Shown piece by piece: positions 9,260-19,449 of a DNA stretch of 26,611 nucleotides. Both the position numbers and the translations under genes were made by a program. Source of the stretch: Chiloscyllium plagiosum. Its lineage: Eukaryota. The first letter of the stretch is position 1. Each line of letters begins with the position of its first letter. The notes beneath the pieces are model-generated. The model saw only the letters and a list, made by a program, of their open reading frames with translations. It searched no databases and was not told the origin of the DNA. The stretch covers positions 5,269,047 to 5,295,657 of the forward strand of contig NC_057759.1 of the NCBI RefSeq assembly GCF_004010195.1, given 5' to 3'.

Positions 9260-11890
9260 CAAAACTATCAGTGCAAATTGAAAAAAAATCAGGTCAAAAA
9301 GCAGAACTCAACAAGAAAGCAAAATCACCAGTGGTTGGGAAAGATGGTCAGTGAGTGCTGTCTAATTCAAAACTTAAGGCAGACAAAGTGGCAAAATATT
9401 TAGGCAAGTCAGAGAAAAGGACATGTTTCAGGAACACACAGATGGTGCTTAAAGCAGAGAAGTCTTTTTGTGAAAATAAAAATGTGCAAGAAGAGCTTTT
9501 ATGGATATGTAAAAGGAAAGAGAGAAGCAATCTGTAGGAAATGACCTAAAAACTATAGGATTTTCGAAGATGGTCATTAATTCTTAGCCACATTACTGGT
9601 AAAAAGGAAGGAGTGTTGTGCATCTTAAAAGTATTAAGGGAGATAAGTCCATGGGCCTTCTGAGACAGGTGAGTGAACAAGTTGCTGGAGTATTGACAGA
9701 TATCTTTGTATCCACTTTGTTCACAGGTAAGGTCCCAGAGGACTGGAGAATAGCCAATGTAGTTCCCATTCTTTAAGAAATTGCAGGCCTATGAGTCTTA
9801 TGTTGATGATAGGGAATTTAGTGGAAAAGATGTTCAGGGACAAGATCTGTACGCATTTTGAAGCGAATGGACTTATTACTCACATACAACATGTTTTTTT
9901 TCCTCGCGGTGAGTTCATGCCTCATTAACTTGATCGGGTTTTTGAGAAGAGGTCAAAGATGATTGATGAGGGAAAAGTCCATATTGTCTATATGGACTTC
10001 AGTAAAACCATTGACAAGATCCCTCCTGGCAGACTGGTTCAAAAGGTGAAGTTACATGGTTTCAACGGTGAACTGGCAAGGTGGATACAGAACTGGCTTA
10101 GTCATAGGAGACAGAGAGTAGCAAAGGAAGGATGCTTTTCGGAGTGGAGGCTTGTGACTAGCGGTCTTCCACAGGGATCGGTGCTAGGACTTCGTGATCT
10201 ACATAAATGAGTTGGAGGAAAACATGGTAGGTCTCAGTAATAAGTTTGCAGACAGTACAGAGTTTGGTGGAGTTACAGATAGTAAACAAGATTGTCAGAG
10301 GATAGAGATCAGTAGGAAGCATGGGCAGAAAACTGACAGATGGAGTTTAATCTGGACAAAAGTGGGGTGATTTGTTTTGGTTTGTCATGTAGAGATGGAA
10401 AATATACAGTGAATGGCAGAACTCTGAGCCAAATTGATATGTCGGGAGATCTGGGTATGCAGGTCCACTGATCACTGAAGGTGGCAATGCAGGTAGATAA
10501 CATGGCCAGACAGGCTGCCCAAAATAATTCATTTATAATGAACTTCAATATAGTGGCCATAAATTAAAGCATGCTGGGAAATGGAAACCAACCATAATAA
10601 AAGTGACTGTGTCAGTCCGCACACTGCAGAATGCAGACAGACTGCAGCTGCCCACAGACAGTTTGCAAACAAACCTGACAGCTGCAGACCCTGCAACACA
10701 CACCTGGAGTTGGGCGCTGAATCGGACAATGGAATGTCACCATCGGGATGATCAGGAGCATTGAGTCATTTGCTAGACACAGAGGCGCACAGTTCCATTA
10801 TTTGGAGGGGCTATCTGCACACAGCACCTACCATAATGGACATCGATGAGCCAACACCTGGCTGGGTCTGATTGAACAGGGTACTCGAACCTGGTCAATC
10901 CATTAGCAGGTCCCCAAGTCCCTCCCAAAAGGGCGTGAAGGTTTGGAATGACGAGAATCGCCATAAAACCCCACTCAGTGTGGTAAATCGAGAATAACCA
11001 TTGCAAGTGAAGACACATCCAAGACAACTGGAAGGCGAGAAGGACATCGCCACATGGAGCTCAGCCAGGTTCTAGTGTGGTGATATATGATCATACAAAG
11101 TTAAGGTAAAGCATAAGATAGTTTGTGGTGTGTCTTGTTAGCTTCTAGTATACTTTGTTGTCCTAATATTAATTGCGTCAAATAAATGAGTATTATTATT
11201 AAGAGTCAATTCACAGTTCTTCTGCTGATTATAAGAATTTAAACACACCGTGTTGCAGGTGCAGCAATAAGATGGTTAAAAAGGCCTATGGCATGCTTTC
11301 CTTTCTTGGAAGGTGCACTGAGGATAACAATAGGCAAGTTATGCTGCAGCATTAGGCCACACTTGGAATATTGTGTAGAGTTCTATTCACCACACTACCA
11401 GGAGGATGTGAATGTTTTGGAGAGGGTATAGAAAAGGTTTACGAGGATGTTGGCTGGTAAGTGGGATTTTAGCTATGAAGGAAGGTTAGATAGACTGGGT
11501 TTATTTTCACTGGCACGCAGGACGTTGAGGGGCGACTGGATAGAAATTTATAAGATTGTGAAAAACATGGATAGGGTGAAAGGTATGATGCTTTTCTCTC
11601 CTAGATCAATTCTACGAGACATAGGTTCAAAGTATTGGGGGATGGTGGTGGAGAAGTCTAAAAGAGACATGTGAGGCAGATTTTACACACAACGGGTAGA
11701 GAGTGCCTGGAATGCATTGCCAGAGGAGATGGTGGAAGCTGACAAATATCAGCATTCAGGAAGCTCCTGGGCAAATGCATGAATGAAAGGGAATGCAGGG
11801 ATACAGATTAGCATAGAATGGCAAAATGTGTTGGTGCAGGTTTGGAGGGTTGAAGGACCTGTTCCTGTGCTGTATTGTCCTTTGTTCTTA
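9260..11890 (+). mobile_element. CR1 ORF2 plus 3' tail, split by an insertion at 10501-11266 (9260-9600 may be a separate older copy)
   Basis: SFYGYVKGKR, TGKVPEDWRIANVVP, VYMDFSKTIDK, GLPQGSVLG, RGDWIEIYKI, WNALPE; tail ends tttgttct. Confidence 0.9.
10501..11266 (+). mobile_element. Probable solo LTR (unclassified) inserted in CR1
   Basis: Flanked by ATAA (10497-10500 and 11267-11270) with the CR1 collinear across it; ends in CA; TATA-like CATAAAA ~10962 and AATAAA 11181-11186; 5' end is CATGG rather than TG. Confidence 0.55.
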
Positions 11891-11919
11891 ATGCACTTAA
11901 TGTTTCCAGGTGACCTTCA

Positions 11920-12750
11920 TTCACTGTTCCAGGATATAGATCAAGTATTAGTGATTTGTCTCCCTTTAACATCATTACATAGCCCAGCACCATTTCCTTC
12001 CTAATCACTTTTGCCCTTTCACTCAACTCCTGGTTCTCTAACATTTCTGGGCACTTATTTGAGTCCTCTTTTGTGAAGACAGAAGTATAATACAAGTCCC
12101 AACCTTCTGCCACTTCTTTGTTCCTAGTATAATTTTACTTGGATTCTGACTGTACTCGATTGACTTTTATCTTTATAGACTCGTTGTTCTCACATATTTC
12201 TAGATGTTTTTACACTAGAATTTCTCCTACACTCCCCTACACTATTTTCCACCCTTGAGCATTTATTATCTTTCTCTGCTGATTTTTAAAATGCTCCTAA
12301 TCCTTAGGTTTGCTGTTTTATTTTCTCAAGCAATTTTACGTTTCTTCTCTTTGGTTCTTTACTCTCCGGAATCAATTTTTGTAACTAATAGCAAAGCCAC
12401 CTTTCCTTTTTCACTTGCGTCAGACAGGAATGAGTAATTCCGAGGGTGCTATATTTAAACATGAACCATTCCCTATCCAACATTAACCACTTTAATATGA
12501 TTCCATAATCCATCCTTGCCAATTCGTGTCTCTTATACCCAGAGTTCCTTTTATTTAGATTCAGGACGCCAGCTTCTAGTTCAACAACTTGACCCTTCAA
12601 CTTGATGAAGAATGCTGTCATATTATGGTCACATTTCCACAAAGGATCTGTACATAACAAGCTTGTTAATTCATCATTTCTCATTGCAAAGTATCCCAGC
12701 TAGAACAGCTTGTTGGCTAGTTGGTTCTTCAAGATTCTGATCTAAAGAAC
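11920..12750 (-). mobile_element. Old CR1 ORF2 fragment (endonuclease end and tether)
   Basis: DPLWKCDHNM (SDH motif), YYTSVFTKED, LKGDKS..LYP. Confidence 0.8.
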
Positions 12751-12777
12751 CATCTCTTTCTCAATCACACACACAAA

Positions 12778-12874
12778 CTTCAAGAAGGCAGCTCACCACC
12801 ACACACAAGTACAACTAAAGATGAGCAATAAATACTGGCCAGCCAGCAACACTCACAACTTAGACATGAATAAA
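12778..12874 (+). mobile_element. 3' terminal fragment of another shark LINE/SINE family
   Basis: ttcaagaaggcagctcaccaccac..gagcaataaatactggccagccagcaac..atgaataaa; family recalled from memory, not searched. Confidence 0.55.
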
Positions 12875-13009
12875 TGGCAAACACACACACATTCATGGAA
12901 ATAGTTCACTACTTTGTTTTGTCCAATCCAAACGCAAATTAAAGTCACCCAGCATTACAGATGCACCGTTACTGCAGAAATCTCTGATACTTTGCTTAAT
13001 GCCACAATA

Positions 13010-13660
13010 TGCTTGCAGGAAGGCTAATAGAATGTTAACATTTATTACAAGAAGATTTGAGCACAGGAGCAGTGAAGTTTTGTTTCAAACACACCGGACT
13101 TTGGTTAGGCTGTACTTGCAGGACTGTGTGCAGTTTGGGTCTCCTTATCTCAGGAAAGATGTTATTTCCACATGGTCAGAGGGCCATGAAGATTCACCAG
13201 AATTGTCCCCGAGATGGGGACAATGTCGTATGAAGAGAGCGCGAGCAAACTGGGCCTGTACTATTGAGGAATTGGACGGATGAGCGATGACATAATTGTA
13301 AATACAGTAACACTACTCTTAAAGGAAGGGACAGGGTAGATATAGCTATATTGTTTGCCGTTTGGGGGTAACTAGAGCCAGGCAGGATTTTAAAACAAGT
13401 GGGACTTTGGCCTGAAATTACAGTTTATTTTGTTTTGCTTGGTAGTTTGTAATCCTTCAGAATTCTGTACCTGCACGGGGCTAGGGTCAGTTATTACTGT
13501 GCATGTTGAAGGGGTAGAGGCTGAGAGATTTTTGATTGCTAATCGTTAACTGGGTTAATGGGAATGGGGTGTGTAAATTGAATTGAAGGGCTCAATCAGC
13601 TGTGATCATATTCAATGGGATGGCAGATTCAAGGGGCTGAATGGGCCACTCCTGTTCCAA
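13010..13660 (+). mobile_element. Old CR1 3' fragment
   Basis: RKANRMLTFITRRFEHRS..LVRLYLQDCVQFGSPYLRKD; tail gatcatattcaatgg..aggggctgaatgggccactcctgttcc. Confidence 0.88.
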
Positions 13661-15169
13661 CATCTCTCTCTTGAGAAAGCAGAACTTCCTGTTTCTTTTC
13701 TCAGAATTATACTCAAGTACTTTCCATCCCTAATTGTGAAACTCTGCTTGGAAATGCACAATTTATAGACTTGTCTGCTCAAAGGCTTGTTCTCTGAATG
13801 AATGCTGTGGTTAGGAAAATTTACTGTGTGAGATTAGACCCCAGCTGTCCTTTGTCTCAAGGAGGAACTGAAGATTTGAAATGACTGAGTCAAGCCTCAT
13901 TGAATCAAGTATTTTTAGTAAGAATATCTGACAAAAATGTGTTTCTGTAAATTACAGCTTCAACACAATGTACTTTAACTCCTGGCCTGGAAAATCAGCA
14001 TTAACAAAGCTTTTATTTCATGTATACTCCAGGTAAGTTGGAGTCTCAGTGAAGAAATTATGTATGCGAGGAAAGATTGGATAGGATAGACGGATAGTTT
14101 GGGTAGGATAGATCAGATATATAGACAGACAAATAATATTTTTCCTGGTAAAACTTTGAGCATCATGTTTTTATAAGATTAAGTTATGTTGCAGTAAATA
14201 CATCATTATTGAAAGAACTACCACAGGAGTACACGCCCATCAAAATTGCACCATTCATTAACACTGTCACTGTGAGCCCTGGTTTAATATGCATATTCAC
14301 CCTTCGTGTTTATCCTGTTGGGAAGGATTTGTTGCTGAATATAGTGCTAAGAATGGAGTTACACTCAGTGAGATTTAAAAGTAAAAGTTCAAATCCAAAA
14401 CATTGAATCTTAAATTGTGTGTGAGAAAAAATGCACTAATTAGACAACAACAGTATACAGCAACTCTAATGAGAGACTGGTCAAGTAAAATACTGAAATG
14501 CTACACCATCTGACAATGTATCTTAGTGAACTTGTGCCAGAATTCAGACACTTAATAAATCATTTGGTGAGCTACTTACTGTTTTGATGGAATGGGAGAA
14601 TCCAGCTAATGTTCACATCACAGAAAGGGATAGGTGTCAATTATTTCCAGAAAAAGGAACAGTCCTGAAGCTAGCAGCCTCTCCAACAGAGTGTGTGAAT
14701 TGCACTGACAAACTCTAAGAGTCTGCACATTACTTCCTTATTTCTACACTTCCCTCTTTTTTAAAGCTTTTAAAAGGACTTGCACTGGGTCAGTGGAGTG
14801 CCTTTTTCTTCCTCAAGATGCGTGAAAGCAATGTTGCAATTGTTTGATTCATTGGAAAGAAGAGAAAATGTGCAAGGAAGTAAATCCGTATTGGTATTGC
14901 AGATGGGTGGGTATCAATGTTTCTTGGAAATGAATCTCACTCCCCAGCATGTGCAATAGACAGAACTGTGTCTGGAACATTATGTTTTTCAAAAAAAAAA
15001 AGAGCGAGGGCCCAGTACTATATTCTAGATGTGTTACCGCTGACAGAGGGAATGTCTCATTGGAGGCAACATCTCAACATTTATGGGATACACATTTATG
15101 TGATTGCCATGTTGCAGAGAGAGAGAAAATAGATAAAATGCACCAGTACAAGCTCCAAGCTTTGAGTGA

Positions 15170-15714
15170 TGGCATCAGTGTGGTTGCTTTCGACATTGGT
15201 GGGCTCAGTGCAAGACTCGAGGTGGCAGCATTGGCATTGGCTTTCAACAGCAGAGAGCCTCTGCAGTCGATGGAGAAGACAGCATCTGTGGTTGGTGTCA
15301 GATAGGTGCAGCAATGATTTAGGCCTGAATCCATACTCTGGGTAGATCAATAGGAGCAGCAGTTCCTTCAGTGGCGGTGTGGGCGACCCAGTGTGGGCTC
15401 TCCTGGAATAGACTGTGTGGACAAAATGTGGCATAGAGGAGGAGATCAGGCCATTGTAGCAAGTGCTGTTGCAGGGTGGCTAAAGACTTTCAAAAGACTG
15501 TAATATTTGACTTTCTGCTTTATTTCTGCATTTTTCTACTTCATATAAAGAACTACTGTAATATCTAACTCTTAACTTTGTTCTTTCTTTTTATCTTGTT
15601 CTTATGATTCTGTACCTATGTATTTATACCTGAGATGGTGCCTTGTGTGGCAACATTACATACTTTTCACTGTTCTCCTGTACTTGGGTACTTGTGACAA
15701 CAAAATCTAAATCT
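15170..15714 (+). mobile_element. Probable non-autonomous retroposon with Rex1/Babar-type 3' tail
   Basis: GC-rich body, T-rich linker, terminal ttttcactg..gtacttgtgacaacaaaatctaaatct; 5' boundary uncertain. Confidence 0.5.
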
Positions 15715-15784
15715 GTGAAAGGCAATGTTAAAACAGATTTGGGTGTCCCTTGTATACCCGCCATTGAAAGTAAGTATGCAGACA

Positions 15785-16640
15785 GAGTCATAGAGTTATA
15801 CAGCACAGAAACAGCCCCTTTGACCCAACTCATCCACGCTGACTAAATATCCTAAACTGATCTTGTCTCATTTGCTAGCATTTGGCCAATGTCCCTCGAA
15901 ATAATTTTTATTCATGTACCCATCCAGAAGCCTTGTAAATGTCGTAATTGTAACCATCTCCACCAACTCCTCTGGCAGCTCATTCCATACACTCACCACA
16001 CTCTGAATGAAACAGTTGCCCCTTAGGTCACTTTTAAATTTTTCCCCTCTCATCTTCAACTCTTGCCCTCTAGATTGGGCCCCCCTACCTCAGGAAAAAA
16101 AACTTTGGATGCAAAAGCTATCCATGCCCTTCACAATTTTACAAATCTCTATGAACACCCTGGTGTACATGAAAAGGGAGGAAATAGAGAGATATGAATC
16201 CTGTAAGTGAAGACAGTTTTAGCATGGAATGGCAAAATGTGTTGGTACAGGCTTGGAGGGCTGAAGGACCTGCTCCTGTTTTTTGTTGCCCCTCACCCTC
16301 TGACACTCCAGGCAAAACAAAAGCTCCAGTCTATTCAGCTCCTCCCTATAGCTCGGGACCTTCAACCCTGCCAGTTTTTTCTGAACCCTTTCAAGGTTAA
16401 CAACACCCTTCCCAGAGCAGGGAGATCAGAATTGAAAGCAGTATTCTAAACATGGCCTCACCAATATCCTGTACAGCTGCAATGTGACACTCAGTATTCT
16501 GACCGAAGAAAGCAAGTCTGCCAAACACCTTCTTTACCACCTTGTCAATGTACAACTCCACTTTCAAGGAACTATGCACCTATACCCCTTGGTATCTTTG
16601 TTCAGGAACACTCCCCAGAATCCTACCATTAACTGGATAA
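15785..16640 (-). mobile_element. CR1 3' fragment containing a nested + strand CR1 tail (~16157-16290)
   Basis: DKVVKKVFGRLAF; KFKSDLRGNCFIQSVVSVWNELPE; nested tail nearly identical to ~11810-11880. Confidence 0.88.
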
Positions 16641-17185
16641 ATTCAGCCCAAGTCCAGATGCAGGAAACAGTAAAGAAACTGCATATTGACCTTCATAGTG
16701 AGAGGATTAGAGTACAGGAGCAGGGATGTCTCGCTGCAGTTTCACAGTGCATTGTTAAGGCCACAGTTGGAAGATTGAGTACAGTCTTGGTCTCCTTATC
16801 TGAGGAAGGATGTTCTTGCTCTAGTGGGTGTGCAGTGAAGGTTTACCAGATTGATTCCTGAAATGGCAGGACTGATGTACGAAGGAGATCGAGTAAGTTC
16901 AGATTATATTTGCTGGAATTTAGATGAATGAGAAGTTGTTGTACATTATATAAGCACTGCTGCCTCACAGTGCCAGTGATCAGGTTCGATTCTAGCCTCG
17001 GGCAATATCTGTTTGGAGTTTACATATTCTCACTGTGCATGCGTGGTAATCCCACAATCCAAAGATGTGCAGATTAGATGAATTGGCTATGCTAAATTGT
17101 CCATGGTGTTCAGGGATGTGTAGGTTAGGTGCACAAAGTTAAAAAATCACACATCAGGTTATGGTACAACAGGTTTAATTGGAAA

Positions 17186-17220
17186 CACTAGCTTTTGAAG
17201 CGCTGCTCCTTCATCAGGTA
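17186..17220 (-). ncRNA. Minimal hammerhead ribozyme motif (decayed)
   Basis: TAC-CTGATGA-A-GGAGC-AGC-GCTTC-AAAAGC-TA-GTG; catalytic G12 changed to A. Confidence 0.7.
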
Positions 17221-17660
17221 GTGGTGAAACAGGATCATAAGACACAGAATTTATATCCAGCGATTACAGTGTCATACAGCGATAAGTAAATCTGGATTAA
17301 GTCTTTCATCTTTTAGAATGGGTTGCAAATTTCAGTTCATTAATATGCAATCCTAGAACTTCTTTTAAGTCAGCTTCTGAAGATCATGTTATAAAATTTT
17401 ATAAAAAGAAGCGACATTTCAACTCAGACAATTAAAGTTGTGATGTCAGGGTCTGTCTGTATCCCAATCCTGAGCCAGTCAGGTTCGATTTCCAAAGTGG
17501 AATTTACAAAAGACATGTATTAACTGCCTTCATTGAACCGAAACATGCACACGTTCTAAAAGATGACAGACTTAATAATCCAGTTTGCTCAATATATCAC
17601 TGCATGACCCTGTAATCTACTCATATAAATTCTGTGTCTTGTGATGTTATACACCACAAC

Positions 17661-17695
17661 CACCTGATGAAGGAGCAGCACTCGGAACCTCGTAC
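17661..17695 (+). ncRNA. Minimal hammerhead ribozyme motif (decayed)
   Basis: CAC-CTGATGA-A-GGAGC-AGC-ACTCG-GAACCTCGT; GAAA/helix III degenerate. Confidence 0.6.
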
Positions 17696-18549
17696 TTCCA
17701 AGTAAACCTGTTAGATCATAACCTGGTGATGTGTGATTTTTAAATTTGTCCACCCTAGTGGCTCCACCACATCATAGGTTAGGTGCATTAGTCAGGAGGA
17801 AATACATTGTAGGGGAATGGGTCTGGGTCGGTTACTCTTCGGAGGCTCGGTGTGGACTTGTTTAGCCGAAGGGCCTATTTCTACACTGTACGGATTCTAT
17901 TCTAAAAACATTCGAACAAGACTGTGGAAGCAGGAAAGATGTCCCAACGACCAACGGGATTCCACAAGCAGGAGTTACAGCTTTAGGATAAGGGATAAAC
18001 CTTTCAGAACTGAGGAGAAATGCCTTCACCCAGAGCGAGTGAAGAGCCTGTGGGATTCACTCCCACAGAAAGTAGCTGAGGCCAAACGATTGTGTTTTCA
18101 AGAAGGGGGTAGATATGCTCTTGTGGTTGAAGGGACCAAAAGATGTGGATTGGGGGAGGGAGTGTATGCAGAATTCGGGAATTGAGCTCAATGATCAGCC
18201 ACAATCCTATTGAGGGGCCAAATGGCCTACTCCTGCCCCTACCTTCTGTGTTTCTGTGATTTTTCTTTATAAATATAGCCAGGAATTAACACCTCTGATT
18301 TCCAACAGCAAAAATGTCTCAGTGTTTCCAAATAAATTTCACACATCCTCAAAGACAATCCTCACACACTCTTCAGTGCAATTATGAAGAAATACAATAT
18401 TTATCCTGCAGGGGAGGACAGTGTTGATTGCTTACCAAATGGATTATGGTTGGAAAAGGTGTTGCAATTGAGAATGCAGCCACTGATGCTGATTGACTTA
18501 AATAGCAGATATTGCTTCAGTTTTACACAACATTAATTGGTTAGGGTGT

Positions 18550-18852
18550 TGTTCTAGTAAAGCACAGAGGACACAGTCTCAGGATAAAATAATGCAGATT
18601 TAAGTCTAAGTCTGAGATGAGGAGGAATTTCTTCCCTCAGGGGTTGTGAGTCTTTGTAACTCCTTGCCACAGACATCTGTGGGGGCCAGAGTCCTTGTGA
18701 ATATTGAAGGCTGAGACAGATTCTTGATTAGTTTGGGAAATCAAGGGAAAGGGCAGGAAAGTGGACATCAGCAATATCAGATCAGCCATGATCCTACTGA
18801 ATCGGACCAGGCCTGAGAGGCCGAATGGCCTCACTTCTTCCCATTTCCTATG
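18550..18852 (+). mobile_element. CR1 3' fragment
   Basis: EMRRNFFPQGVVSLCNSLPQ; tail gatcagccatgatcctactgaat..ggccgaatggcc. Confidence 0.88.
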
Positions 18853-19372
18853 GGCTACCAAATTAGTACCAGCCATTTTGTTCCTTTGTGATAGCCACAT
18901 TATGTGACCAAAATCTCCTTTTTATCTCCAGGAAACTAGGCCCTGGGTAGTGCATGCACAAAGGTTTGATTGTTATACACAATAGGAATGCTACATTGTG
19001 GCAAGCTGTGTCTGAAATTCTGACCGAGCAAGGGACTAACGGTATTCATGTGTTTGAATTCATTGGAAACTGTCAGTGACAGTGAACAAGAATCACTCAG
19101 CAGTTACTGAGTTCATCTCCCCTAAACAGTCAGCCAGCAGCAATCTTCATCCGATCAAGTCTTTTTAGTGACATGAACCTCCTCAATCACTTTCTCCTGC
19201 ATGGCCCCAACTTCCCAGGCTTGCAGTCAGCACTAGGTATAATGCAGCCCCTTCACTTGCTCAGACTATCAGAGATCCAGATTACTCACAATATTGTTTC
19301 CTGTGACTCTAGTTCCACTGTCACATGGATAACTGCTGTTCACCAGGACATAAAGATTTTAAAAAATGATTC

Positions 19373-19449
19373 AAGGGAGTGATGTGCCATTGGAGGGTCA
19401 GGGCTGAGAGAGTGCCGCTCTATCGGAGGGTCAGTGCTGAAGGAGTGCC
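19373..19449 (+). repeat. 33-bp period minisatellite (~2.3 units)
   Basis: ggagggtcag at 19392 and 19425; unit approximately gagtgccgctctatcggagggtcagtgctgaag. Confidence 0.7.

Larger units (their letters stand above)
17134..17774. mobile_element. 641-bp non-coding PLE-derived element with long inverted arms and 13-bp TSD
   Basis: TSD TAGGTTAGGTGCA at 17121-17133 and 17775-17787; arms ~17134-17345 and ~17520-17750 are diverged reverse complements, each with a hammerhead motif. Confidence 0.85.
16948..17903 (+). mobile_element. tRNA-derived SINE of HE1/V-SINE type, split by a PLE-derived insertion
   Basis: B-box ggttcgattc (~16983), V-domain-like tggagtttacatattctc..gcgtgg..cccacaatccaaagatgtgcag, CR1-type tail gccgaagggcct..ttctattcta. 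Confidence 0.85.
16645..18259 (+). mobile_element. CR1 3' fragment hosting a SINE that itself hosts a PLE
   Basis: RGLEYRSRDV..SPYLRKD before ~16935; resumes ~17905 with PFRTE..LWDSLPQKVAEA and tail ttctgtgtttctgtg. Confidence 0.85.

Noticed and set aside
14917..15434. Cluster of 70-118 aa ORFs
   Set aside because: No motifs; they overlap a probable repeat and both strands are similarly open
16560..16720. Head-to-head CR1 junction as a second twin-priming event
   Set aside because: Both arms cover the same ORF2 region and each has its own, different 3' tail, so they are independent insertions
16975..17000. tRNA-like B box
   Set aside because: Belongs to the SINE head; no cloverleaf
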